From positions 1-38,350 of the forward strand of contig JAZQBH010000211.1 of NCBI GenBank assembly GCA_045545655.1: a stretch of DNA of 38,350 bases. The letters run 5' to 3'. How positions within the stretch are numbered: position 1 is the stretch's first letter; every line of letters begins with the position of its first letter. The notes under the pieces are model-generated. The model saw only the letters and a program-made list of their open reading frames with translations, was not told where the DNA came from and made no database searches. The position numbers and the translations under genes were made by a program. Shown one piece after another: positions 8,832 to 17,588 of this stretch. This DNA comes from Oscillospiraceae bacterium (GTDB taxonomy: Bacteria; Bacillota; Clostridia; Oscillospirales; Ruminococcaceae).

Positions 8832-9929
8832 ATGGCGAAGAAAATGTACATCGGCGTTGATAGTATCGCACGAAAAGTTAAGAAAGGCTATGTCGGTGTT
8901 GGCGGCGTAGCTAGAAAAGTTAAGAAAGCATATATCGGCGTTGGTGGAATTGCACGTCCTTTCTGGAGTGGTGGAGAACTTGCGTATTATGGTACGGCGG
9001 CGGATTTATCCGTTGCTCGTTTTAGATTAGCGGCAACTACGGTAGGTAATTATGCTCTATTCGGGGGTGGTTATGGTAGTGGCAGTCACGCAACAGTAGA
9101 TACCTACACTAGCAATCTTATTAAAAGTACTGCGCCAGATTTATCTGAGGCTCGTCAAGGTTTAGCTGCAACCACAGTAGGTAATTATGCTTTGTTTGGC
9201 GGTGGATATATTACCAGTTCGAACTTTTGCGCAACAGTAGATACCTACACCAGCAATCTTGTTAAAAGCACTGCACCAGACTTATCTATAACCCATTATA
9301 GTATAGCGGCAACAACCGTTGGTGATTATGCTTTGTTTGGCGGTAGTAGTCACGTAACAGTAGATACCTACACTAGTAATCTTGTAAAGAGTACGGCACC
9401 AGACTTATCTGTTGTACGTTCTGATATGGCGACAACAACCGTTGGCGATTATGCACTATTTGCAGGTGGTGTTAATACCTCTACTGGTACCTGCTATGCA
9501 ACAGTAGACACCTACAATAGTAATCTTATTAAAAGTACTGCACCAGACTTATCTGCCGCTCGTCATAGTATAGGCGCAACTACGGTTGGTGATTATGCAC
9601 TATTTGCAGGTGGTGTTAACGGCAGTCACGCAACAGTAGATACCTACAACCGAAATCTTGTAAAGAGTACGGCACCAGACTTATCTATGACCCACTATGG
9701 TTTAGCCGCAACTACGGTTGGTGATTATGCTCTGTTCAGTGGTGGTAATAATTACAGTGTAACAGAGGTATACAACACTAATCTTGTAAGGAGTACTGCA
9801 ACAGACTTATCCGTCGCTCGTTTTAATCTAGCCGCAACTACGGTTGGTGATTATGCTCTATTCGGGGGTGGATATAAAGGTACCACTGATAATTGTTTTT
9901 CGACCGTAGATGTATACACACTACAATAA
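8832..9929 (+). CDS. Putative fibre-tip adhesin / receptor-binding protein with 7 Kelch-like repeats
   Basis: Three N-terminal KKxYxGVxxxAR units, then seven DLSxxxxxxxxTTVG(N/D)YALFxG...V(D/E)xY repeats with Kelch-like GG and Y. Confidence 0.75.
   Translation: MAKKMYIGVDSIARKVKKGYVGVGGVARKVKKAYIGVGGIARPFWSGGELAYYGTAADLSVARFRLAATTVGNYALFGGGYGSGSHATVDTYTSNLIKSTAPDLSEARQGLAATTVGNYALFGGGYITSSNFCATVDTYTSNLVKSTAPDLSITHYSIAATTVGDYALFGGSSHVTVDTYTSNLVKSTAPDLSVVRSDMATTTVGDYALFAGGVNTSTGTCYATVDTYNSNLIKSTAPDLSAARHSIGATTVGDYALFAGGVNGSHATVDTYNRNLVKSTAPDLSMTHYGLAATTVGDYALFSGGNNYSVTEVYNTNLVRSTATDLSVARFNLAATTVGDYALFGGGYKGTTDNCFSTVDVYTLQ
9001..9926 (+). repeat. Seven ~120-145 bp coding tandem repeats
   Basis: Recurring DNA blocks CCAGACTTATCT, GGTGATTATGC and CAACAGTAGATACCTACA. 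Confidence 0.9.
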
Positions 9930-9949
9930 CTTTTAAGGAGGATTTTACA

Positions 9950-10321
9950 ATGACAAAACTTGAAAAGTACACAGGTGAAAAGACCTATATGTTCCCTACG
10001 GGAGCGATTGCTACCCCTGAGGTAGTATACGCTGAATACCCTGCCGCAAAGGTATTTACTTTTGTAGTAGGCACTGACAAGAACGGTCAGGTTATGCAGT
10101 CTATGGATAATCTCTCGGTACTCCGTGATGTTTATAGCATTGATGAGGCTCTGTCCGAGGACGAGGCTATCGCCGCAATAGAAACAATCATCAACACACC
10201 GCAGGTGGAAGCTGAACCTGAGCCCACAGCGGAAGAGCGTATCGCCGCCGCATTGGAGTATCAGGTAATGGCAAGTCTGCCCGATGAAGAGGAAGAAACT
10301 GCAACAGAAAGTGAGGTTTAA
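9950..10321 (+). CDS. Acidic fibre-associated protein (XkdW-position chaperone-like)
   Basis: RBS AAGGAGG before ATG9950. The EPTAEERIAAALE motif is typical of genes upstream of xkdX. Confidence 0.65.
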   Translation: MTKLEKYTGEKTYMFPTGAIATPEVVYAEYPAAKVFTFVVGTDKNGQVMQSMDNLSVLRDVYSIDEALSEDEAIAAIETIINTPQVEAEPEPTAEERIAAALEYQVMASLPDEEEETATESEV

Positions 10322-10323
10322 CT

Positions 10324-10452
10324 ATGAATTTTGCTACAATCAAGAAGAATTATGAGCGTGGACTTTGGTCTGCACAGATGGTAAAAATGGCTGTCCGCAA
10401 GGGCATTATCACTAAAGAGCAGTACACCGAAATTACAGGAAAGGAATACTGA
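10324..10452 (+). CDS. xkdX: XkdX-family small protein (42 aa; not in the ORF track)
   Basis: Translated by hand: MNFATIKKNYERGLWSAQMVKMAVRKGIITKEQYTEITGKEY. RBS GAGGT. Confidence 0.88.
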   Translation: MNFATIKKNYERGLWSAQMVKMAVRKGIITKEQYTEITGKEY

Positions 10453-10459
10453 TAATCTG

Positions 10460-10837
10460 ATGGACACTACAATTATAGTAGCACTGATTTCAGGGTTTGT
10501 GTCATTGTTTACGGTTGTGTTTTCGGCGGTGATGGCGAGTATCGGCACAAAGCAGACCAGAATCCGCAAGTCTGAAATGCAGAAGTACAAGGAGTGGGAC
10601 GTGCTTCGTCAGAACGTTGCGAAAGCTACACAATGTCTTCTGCGTGAAGCGATTATCCGTTCCTACGAAAAGTATATAGAACTCGGCTACTGCCCCATTT
10701 ACGAAAAGGAGAGCCTTAAAAACGAATACTCCGCTTATCATAATCTCGGCGGAAACGACGTTGCAACCGACCTTTATGACAAGGTTTTAGCCTTGCCGAC
10801 AGAACCTACTGAAAGGAGAAACAACAATGAAGATTGA
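10460..10837 (+). CDS. Phage lysis-cassette membrane protein (one N-terminal TM)
   Basis: Hydrophobic N-terminus. YSAYHNLGGN motif seen in phage proteins next to holins. Confidence 0.7.
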   Translation: MDTTIIVALISGFVSLFTVVFSAVMASIGTKQTRIRKSEMQKYKEWDVLRQNVAKATQCLLREAIIRSYEKYIELGYCPIYEKESLKNEYSAYHNLGGNDVATDLYDKVLALPTEPTERRNNNED

Positions 10838-11036
10838 TTGGACAAAAAAGCTCACCAGCCGCAAGCTGTGGGTGAGCGTGGCTGGCTTTGTAGCGGGACT
10901 TATCGTGGCGCTCGGCGGCAACGCTGACGCCGCAGAAACCGTCAGCGGCTGTATTCTCAGCGGTGCGGCGGTGGTGGGTTACGTCCTTGGCGAGGGTCTG
11001 GCGGACTCCGCTAACAAGAAGGACGGTGAGGAATAA
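10827..11036 (+). CDS. Holin
   Basis: 69 aa, two hydrophobic segments, KLTSRKLW N-terminus and charged tail; precedes the endolysin. Confidence 0.8.
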   Translation: MKIDWTKKLTSRKLWVSVAGFVAGLIVALGGNADAAETVSGCILSGAAVVGYVLGEGLADSANKKDGEE

Positions 11037-11749
11037 TGGCATTCCTCACTCCCGACAGGGTCTACGAGATTAACGGCGTTACCGTGAAGGAATATTTCCT
11101 GACAGAGCACAATCCCAACAAGATAGCAATGCCTGTGAAACGGACAAAGCCGCTTATGGGTCAGACGGTACATAACACAGAGGCAATCAAGCAAGCCAAA
11201 GGCACGACTATGGCGGAGCAGTACGTCAGGGCGACCGTCAACGGCAATATGGGCGACGTGCGTGTGCAGTATTACGTTGACGACGTCGAGGCGTGGCACT
11301 CGCTCCCCGACGACTGGAACGGCTGGCACGCCGCCGACGGCAAGGGCAACGGCAACACAGCCACTATCGCCGTTGAGATTATCGGCAACAGCGCAAAGGC
11401 TGAGGACAACGCCGCACGTCTTATCGCCGGACTTATGGCGAAGTACGGGCTGACTACGGACAACCTCTACACCCACAGCTACTGGATGAACGTCAGGGAC
11501 GGTAAGACAGGCTCCCGTGAGTACCTCAACACCCTCCGCAGAAACGGCAAAAACTGCCCCGCCTACATTCTCCCCCACTGGGAGGAGTTTGAAAGTAAGG
11601 TAGCAGAGTATCTGAAAGCACTTGAACACAAGACCCTCTACCGTGTGCAAGTGGGTGCATTCACCGTGCGTGAAAATGCCGAGAATTTTCTCGCACAACT
11701 GAAAACCGCTGGCTTTGACAGCGCATTCATCACAAGCGTGAAAAAGTGA
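11036..11749 (+). CDS. Endolysin: N-acetylmuramoyl-L-alanine amidase (Amidase_2) plus SPOR domain
   Basis: TVHNT, GWHAADG.G.GN, YTH and KNCP zinc-amidase motifs. C-terminal LYRVQVGAF...NAE is SPOR-like. Confidence 0.9.
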   Translation: MAFLTPDRVYEINGVTVKEYFLTEHNPNKIAMPVKRTKPLMGQTVHNTEAIKQAKGTTMAEQYVRATVNGNMGDVRVQYYVDDVEAWHSLPDDWNGWHAADGKGNGNTATIAVEIIGNSAKAEDNAARLIAGLMAKYGLTTDNLYTHSYWMNVRDGKTGSREYLNTLRRNGKNCPAYILPHWEEFESKVAEYLKALEHKTLYRVQVGAFTVRENAENFLAQLKTAGFDSAFITSVKK

Positions 11750-11756
11750 TATACAA

Positions 11757-11796
11757 AAGTCCCCCAAGCCCTTTTAAAAAGGAAGCTGGGGGACTT
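11757..11796. terminator. Terminator hairpin between convergent endolysin and cobD
   Basis: AAGTCCCCCA...TGGGGGACTT inverted repeat. Confidence 0.75.
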
Positions 11797-11799
11797 ATT

Positions 11800-12858
11800 C
11801 TATATTGTCTTTATCGCCTTAATTGCCTTTATCGCTTTTACAAGCTGTTCGTTTTCCTCGTGGGTACGCACGGCTATGCGGAAATACTCCTCGCCCAGAC
11901 CGTGATAATCGTCACATCGGCGAATGGCAATCTTCCGTTCAAGCAGTTTTTCCGAAAGCAGAGGATAGCCCTTGAACAGAATGAAATTCGCCGCCGACGG
12001 ATACACCCTGAACCCAAATTCCGCAAGACATTCCGACAGATACTGCCGCTCTTGTGCAACAAGTTGTCTTGTAATTTCCATAAAGTCGGTTGCAAACACC
12101 GTTTCAGCCGCCGCAATTCCAGCGGCTTGTGCAGGCGAAGAAACGCTCCACGGCTGACCGCAGTTTAGCACATCTGCGGCAAGCCTTTCGCTTCCGAATA
12201 GCCCATAGCCAAGCCTTAATCCAGCCATACAACAGGATTTCGTGAAGGCTTTTACGATTACGATATTCTCCGACATTATGGACTTTGCCGAGTACGCAGA
12301 TTTCGTATCAGCAAAATCAAGAAAGCATTCGTCTATCACCGCTGTTGTGCCTGTTTCGTTGCATTTTGAAATAATCCGCTCAAGCAAATCCGATGGGATA
12401 ACATTACCGACAGGGTTGTTCGGGTTGCACAGGAAAAGCATATCCGTTTCGGCGGTGATTTTTCCGAGATAATCCTCAGTGAGTGCAAAGCCGTATTCCT
12501 CGCTCAGTGCGTGAAACACGATTTCGCAGTTTAGCTCGGCAAGGGCTTTTTCGTATTCCGAAAATGTGGGAGAAACAAGCAATGCCCGTTTCGGGGAAGC
12601 CGCCCTCACCAGCCGATAAATCAAGTCAGCCGCACCGTTGCCGCAGACTATTCTGTTTTCGGGAATACCTTCGTATTGCGACAATTTCTCACGCAGTGCT
12701 GTGCAGTAGGGGTCGGGGTAATGTGCGAAATCCGCATTCGCCGCCGCCAGCCGCACGCTGTCGGGAATGCCGAGGGGGTTGAGGTTTGCCGAGAAATCCA
12801 GCCGCACTTCACGGGAATAAATATCGCCGCCGTGCGTATATCTGTAAAGTCCGTTCAT
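11800..12858 (-). CDS. cobD: Threonine-phosphate decarboxylase CobD / class I-II PLP aminotransferase
   Basis: HGGDIY, DFSANLNPLG, GNGAADLI, CNPNNP, DECF and AFTK...GLRLGY; adjacent to a cobU-like gene. Confidence 0.82.
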   Translation of the reverse strand: MNGLYRYTHGGDIYSREVRLDFSANLNPLGIPDSVRLAAANADFAHYPDPYCTALREKLSQYEGIPENRIVCGNGAADLIYRLVRAASPKRALLVSPTFSEYEKALAELNCEIVFHALSEEYGFALTEDYLGKITAETDMLFLCNPNNPVGNVIPSDLLERIISKCNETGTTAVIDECFLDFADTKSAYSAKSIMSENIVIVKAFTKSCCMAGLRLGYGLFGSERLAADVLNCGQPWSVSSPAQAAGIAAAETVFATDFMEITRQLVAQERQYLSECLAEFGFRVYPSAANFILFKGYPLLSEKLLERKIAIRRCDDYHGLGEEYFRIAVRTHEENEQLVKAIKAIKAIKTI

Positions 12859-13238
12859 AGCAGTTCACCCTTGATTGCAACAGGTATTCCGCAGTTTACA
12901 CGGATAACCGTTTCGGCAAACTCTGCGAGCACGCACAAGGCTCTGCCGGTTTCCTCACGCCACAGCCGCTCCTGCTTTTCTACGGGGACTATTCCGCCGC
13001 CGATTTCGTCTGCGATGACTATAACATCGGGATTGCGGCGGCAAAGCTCACGGGCGAAATCCGCCGCGGAAGCTTCGGGGATAATCCGCCTTACAAGCCG
13101 CTCAAAATGGACGACAGCCGCCGCACTGAACACGTCTTCGTGCGTACAGCTTTCGCCGTTTATTATGTCACCCGTAGAAAACCGCTCTCTTACAAAGGCG
13201 CTTTTTCCCTGATATGCTCCGCCGATAACTAAAATCAT
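12855..13238 (-). CDS. cobU: Short CobU/CobP-like cobinamide kinase/guanylyltransferase
   Basis: GGAYQGKS P-loop, DEIGGGIVP, WREETGR and VNCGIP; only 127 aa. Confidence 0.75.
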   Translation of the reverse strand: MILVIGGAYQGKSAFVRERFSTGDIINGESCTHEDVFSAAAVVHFERLVRRIIPEASAADFARELCRRNPDVIVIADEIGGGIVPVEKQERLWREETGRALCVLAEFAETVIRVNCGIPVAIKGELL

Positions 13239-13262
13239 ATCATTCTCCTGAAAGCCTTGTCA

Positions 13263-14642
13263 TCAACCTGACATTTTTGGGTTGTTGACGATATTGCTGA
13301 TCCATATACCCTTTTTGATAAGCACAGAGCCTATAACAACCTTAATCAGGTCAAGTGCCTGAACGATGATGTAAACTATAAAAATCGACAGCACCGTAAA
13401 CTCGCACAGGATATACGCTATTGAAACGGAAAACACAATCGTGAAAACGCTGTCAAACAGGAAGGTTATCAGCGTTTTTCCGCCGCTTCGCAAGGTGAAG
13501 TACAGCGCATTCAGAAAACCCTGCAACGGAAAGAACGCCGCTGTTATGATGATGAAGTTTGTGGCATATCCACGCACAAGCTCAGTAGTGTCGTACATCT
13601 GCGGAAACACACCCGACATTGCAATAAGAACCGCCGTAAGCACTGCGGATATTCCGCCTGTAAACCACATAAGCGAAAACGCTTCTTTTTTCGCCTTGTC
13701 GTATTCTGACGCACCGAGGGTTTGTCCGACAAGTATTCCCACGGCACTACCGAGGGCGATAAACACCACGTTCAGCAGGTTGCACAGTGCGTTTGAAATG
13801 TTTAGTCCTGCTACAATGTCGAGGCTTCTTGCAGAATAAATCTGCGTAAGCACAGCCGTGCCAGCCGCCCACAGCAGTTCGTTGAGAAATATGGGCATAC
13901 CCTTTTTAAGAAACTGCCCCGCCTGAGTTTTAGGGATAAGCAGTGTTCTGAACAGACCGTTCAGGAAGGTGTGACGTTTTCTTGCAGAATACGCAAGTAT
14001 AAGAATAACGGCAAACTCTGCAAATCTTGAAAGCACTGTTGCAATTGCCGCACCACGCACCTCAAGTTTCGGAAAGCCAAGAAGACCGAAAATCAGCAGT
14101 GCGTTGCCTACAATGTCAACAACAACGCTTGCCACACCTGCAAACATCGGCTTTATTGACGCACCTGTTTCACGCAGAGAGCTTGAATATACCTGAGTTA
14201 TTGCAAACGGAGGAAGTCCCCACAGCATAACGCTGAGATATTCCTTTGCAAGCTCCATTGTTTTCACAGGGTCGATGTCTGCGCTCTCGCCTTTAAGGTA
14301 AAGTCCGATAAGGAACTCGCCGCCGAAGATGAACGCAAGCAGTCCTACCACAAGCACTGCCGCCGCAAGCCAGAACTTCATTCGCACTGCCGAACGGAAG
14401 CCCTCTTCATTCTTTTGTCCGTAATACTGTGCACCGTAAATTCCAGGACCTGAAATTGCGCCGAATATTCCGAGATTGAACACGAAAATCAGCTGACCGC
14501 ACACCGAAACAGCAGTGATAGCCTCTGTGCCAAGACTGCCTACCATTACATTATCAATAAGACCTACTGCGTTTGTAATACCGTTCTGAATCATCATAGG
14601 TATTGCAAGCGTTAAGGCTCGTTTAAATAAATCCTTTCTCAT
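13263..14642 (-). CDS. MATE family efflux transporter
   Basis: ~12 hydrophobic segments; DNVMVGSLG, GAAIATVLSR and LRSGG. Confidence 0.92.
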   Translation of the reverse strand: MRKDLFKRALTLAIPMMIQNGITNAVGLIDNVMVGSLGTEAITAVSVCGQLIFVFNLGIFGAISGPGIYGAQYYGQKNEEGFRSAVRMKFWLAAAVLVVGLLAFIFGGEFLIGLYLKGESADIDPVKTMELAKEYLSVMLWGLPPFAITQVYSSSLRETGASIKPMFAGVASVVVDIVGNALLIFGLLGFPKLEVRGAAIATVLSRFAEFAVILILAYSARKRHTFLNGLFRTLLIPKTQAGQFLKKGMPIFLNELLWAAGTAVLTQIYSARSLDIVAGLNISNALCNLLNVVFIALGSAVGILVGQTLGASEYDKAKKEAFSLMWFTGGISAVLTAVLIAMSGVFPQMYDTTELVRGYATNFIIITAAFFPLQGFLNALYFTLRSGGKTLITFLFDSVFTIVFSVSIAYILCEFTVLSIFIVYIIVQALDLIKVVIGSVLIKKGIWISNIVNNPKMSG

Positions 14643-14696
14643 TTTTTCTCCTTTTTGTTGCCAGTTTGTATATCTGTATTTTTATTTGTTCAGCCG

Positions 14697-14730
14697 AAAC
14701 CGCACAGGGATTTTCGTCCTTGTGCGGTTT
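14697..14730. terminator. Intrinsic terminator after the dockerin-protein gene
   Basis: AAACCGCACAGGGA-TTTTCG-TCCTTGTGCGGTTT. Confidence 0.7.
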
Positions 14731-14761
14731 TTGTATATTTGTTTTTGCGGTGTTGCCTTAA

Positions 14762-16843
14762 TCAGACAGACGTGAAGTATTCGAGAATGTAAGTAAGGTC
14801 AGAAATACCTATTGCACCGTCCTTATCGAAATCAACAAGCGCAAGCTGTTCCTTGTCGGGCTTGCCTGAAATGGAAACAAAGATTTCCAGCGACTTCATT
14901 AGGTCGGCTGTTGTGAATTTTCCGTCGTTGTTCACATCGCATTTTATATGGCTGTAGTCGCTTGCAGTAACGCAGAATTTACCAGAAGACGGCAGAGCGA
15001 ATTTTACTGTTCCTCCGCTTCGGGCGACAGTGTAAAGACGCTCAAGTTCTCCGTTTGTGTTGTAGCGATACAGGCACACAAAGGAATATCCAGTGTCAGA
15101 ATCAGGCTGAAGCTTAACGGAAATTCCGTCGGTTGCTTTTGCAAATGAAGTGAAGGAGTAAATCTCCTCGTCGCCTAGTTCTTCAAGCAGAACAGGCGGA
15201 ATAACCGCACGGTTTACAGTAAGGTCAAGCGACTGAACTGAGGTCATCACGGCAGGTTCTATCACTATTGCAAGAACATCGTTTATCTCGTTTTCGATAA
15301 TCAGCTTTTTCGCCGCCGCTTTTCTGAGCAGGTCTGCCGAAACTGAGCTCAGCTTGTTCACACGCACAACCGAAAGGTCTGCGGCATTTGCAATAAGCTG
15401 TGAAAGCTCCTCCTGTGTTGTGGGGGTATCCTCGATAACCTCATCGGGAATTCCGATTGACACCTTTATTTCCTTTGAAAACGAAGCATACACCGCACTG
15501 CCCTCAAGCGACAGCACAATGGAGTATACCTTGTCGTATTCAGCAAGTTCAATGTCGATAAATCTTCCGTTGTCTGTGGTGTAGTCGGACAGAATATCAA
15601 ACGGTCTGTTGTTCTTTTCCGTTATAGTGAATGTGCCGTCAAAGTCATCGGGAATGCCGTTGACAGTAAGTTCAAGAAGCTCTCCGTAATCAAGCGCCTT
15701 GCTGTTTGTTTTTACTATGAAATCCTCAAGTTCACGGCGGGCAATTGTTATCGGCACAAGTCCGTAAGCAACGGAATACTGTTCGTCGTCAGGCGTGAAT
15801 TTCGCAACTGCCCACTGCTTACTGCAAGGCTTTACAGGAACATCGGTTGTAAAGCTCCATTCGCCTGAAACTACCGAACCATCCACGAATGCCATACTTC
15901 CGTTTGAAGCAAGTTCACCCGATGTAACAGGCTTGCCGTCATACTTCTTGATAACAGGGTTAAGTGCAAGCACAGGCACAGGCTTATCCGTAATTGTGAT
16001 GAAGAATTCCAGCCAGTAGTCCTCATACTCCGAGCCGACAGGCATATCCACAGGAACACCTATCATAGCGCCGTGGTTAAGCGTGGATTTCAGTGTAAAG
16101 CTGAGCACGTTGAATGCAATTTTCGGCTGAGCGTTTGCCTCATACTCATCGCTGTTGAACACAAGACCGCCGAATGATGCACCATCAGGTTTCAGCTCGG
16201 TAAGGTCGATTGAAAACGACTGTCCTGCCTTTGCGGCAAGGTCGATTTCCATATCCTGTGCGGCGGCTTTGAGTATCTTAAATTCCGCTGTGCGTTCGCC
16301 GTAGCAGCTGCCACGGAAATTTATGATACATTCAGCGCTCTTGTCGCCCACGGAAACCTCGGTGTTGTCAGACAACAGCAAGGTATATTCGCTTTGGGGG
16401 ATTCCCCCGCCGTTGTATGTCACGGTCACATCGGGGTACTGCGGCAGACCGTTGTAATGGCAGTCGCTCACCTCAACGGATACAAGCTCAGTGTTTCCGC
16501 AGTTGAGGGGATTTATCCGATATCCTGCCTCGGCTTTCCCCGAATATGCACCCTTGCCGACAACAGTGATAACCTTGTCGCCTGCGTTTACTGCGTCCTT
16601 CGGCAAGGTGAGTGTGTAGTCAGTCCCTTTTACGAGGGTCTTGTCACCGATTTTCACGGTAACCTCGGGGGTCTGCTTTTTGCCGTTGTAGGTAGTTTCA
16701 GCGTATTCAAGGGAAACGCTTTCCGCTGTGATTACCCCCGATATTTCATCGGCATAGGCATACACAGTGTCTGCGAAATCCGTAAAGCCGCACGATAATC
16801 CCATAACGGCTAATATTGTAAGTATTGTAAAGAGTCTTTTCAC
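14762..16843 (-). CDS. Secreted protein with Ig-like stalk repeats and a C-terminal dockerin
   Basis: Signal peptide and YNGKKQTPEVTV...GTDY repeats. Two Ca-binding loops, DVNNDGKFTTAD and DFDKDGAIGISD. Confidence 0.75.
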   Translation of the reverse strand: MKRLFTILTILAVMGLSCGFTDFADTVYAYADEISGVITAESVSLEYAETTYNGKKQTPEVTVKIGDKTLVKGTDYTLTLPKDAVNAGDKVITVVGKGAYSGKAEAGYRINPLNCGNTELVSVEVSDCHYNGLPQYPDVTVTYNGGGIPQSEYTLLLSDNTEVSVGDKSAECIINFRGSCYGERTAEFKILKAAAQDMEIDLAAKAGQSFSIDLTELKPDGASFGGLVFNSDEYEANAQPKIAFNVLSFTLKSTLNHGAMIGVPVDMPVGSEYEDYWLEFFITITDKPVPVLALNPVIKKYDGKPVTSGELASNGSMAFVDGSVVSGEWSFTTDVPVKPCSKQWAVAKFTPDDEQYSVAYGLVPITIARRELEDFIVKTNSKALDYGELLELTVNGIPDDFDGTFTITEKNNRPFDILSDYTTDNGRFIDIELAEYDKVYSIVLSLEGSAVYASFSKEIKVSIGIPDEVIEDTPTTQEELSQLIANAADLSVVRVNKLSSVSADLLRKAAAKKLIIENEINDVLAIVIEPAVMTSVQSLDLTVNRAVIPPVLLEELGDEEIYSFTSFAKATDGISVKLQPDSDTGYSFVCLYRYNTNGELERLYTVARSGGTVKFALPSSGKFCVTASDYSHIKCDVNNDGKFTTADLMKSLEIFVSISGKPDKEQLALVDFDKDGAIGISDLTYILEYFTSV

Positions 16844-16915
16844 CAGAAATTCCTCCGTTTGTAATGCAATGTTATTATGTTACAGTTATGTTGATGAAAT
16901 AGTAATGTCTGATTA

Positions 16916-17584
16916 TCAAGCCTGATTTGCCGAAAGCAGTTCAGGCAGTCTGCCGCAATATTCGTTGAGCGAAAGGGCATAGAAACGTGATATTTTCTCA
17001 AGCTCAGACTGGTTTTCCTCGCTGATGTCCCTCACTGCCGCAGTGACAAAGCCAGCATTCACAGCGGTTTTCACAGCAAAGAGGGAGTCCTCGAACACAA
17101 GCGTTTCACTTGGAGTCGCCCCGATAATCTCAGCCGCCGCCATAAACACCTCAGGCTTGTTTTTAGAGCCGTAGTCGGCGCAGTTTGCCATTCCCTTGAA
17201 ATACTTCAGTATTCCGTGACGTTCAAGTGCGGCATTGCACAGGTTGCGGTCGCCTGCGGTTGCAATGCTCATCGGTATATTCCGCTCGGCAAGTGCGGTT
17301 ACAAGCTCCGCCGCACCCTCGCACAGCTCAGCCTCCTCACGGTAGAACTTACTGGTCATATCGTTTACCTGCTGTGCAAGCTCCTCAACAGAATAGGGCA
17401 GATTGTACTTATCCCTTATGTACTGCACACCCTGCGAAATCGTGAGGGAGTGCATTTCCCGTGAAAGCTGTTCTGCATCTGCGGATATCCCTATGCTTTC
17501 AAGATAAAGCACAGGAAGGTTCTTCCACATAAGCGAGGTGTCAAGCAGAGTGCCGTCCAGATCGAATATTACGTATTTAATCAT
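16916..17584 (-). CDS. HAD family phosphatase
   Basis: FDLDGTLLD, KNKPE and FEDS motifs. Confidence 0.92.
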   Translation of the reverse strand: MIKYVIFDLDGTLLDTSLMWKNLPVLYLESIGISADAEQLSREMHSLTISQGVQYIRDKYNLPYSVEELAQQVNDMTSKFYREEAELCEGAAELVTALAERNIPMSIATAGDRNLCNAALERHGILKYFKGMANCADYGSKNKPEVFMAAAEIIGATPSETLVFEDSLFAVKTAVNAGFVTAAVRDISEENQSELEKISRFYALSLNEYCGRLPELLSANQA

Positions 17585-17588
17585 ACAG

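Noticed and set aside
9001-9926. CRISPR-like array
   Set aside because: The repeats are in-frame, degenerate, protein-coding units, and there are no cas genes.
7689-9929. Diversity-generating retroelement acting on the fibre or adhesin
   Set aside because: No reverse transcriptase and no non-coding template repeat in the window. Repeat differences include indels and are not confined to adenines.
7689-10452. Invertible tail-fibre shufflon
   Set aside because: No recombinase, no opposite-strand alternative fibre ends and no flanking inverted crossover sites seen.
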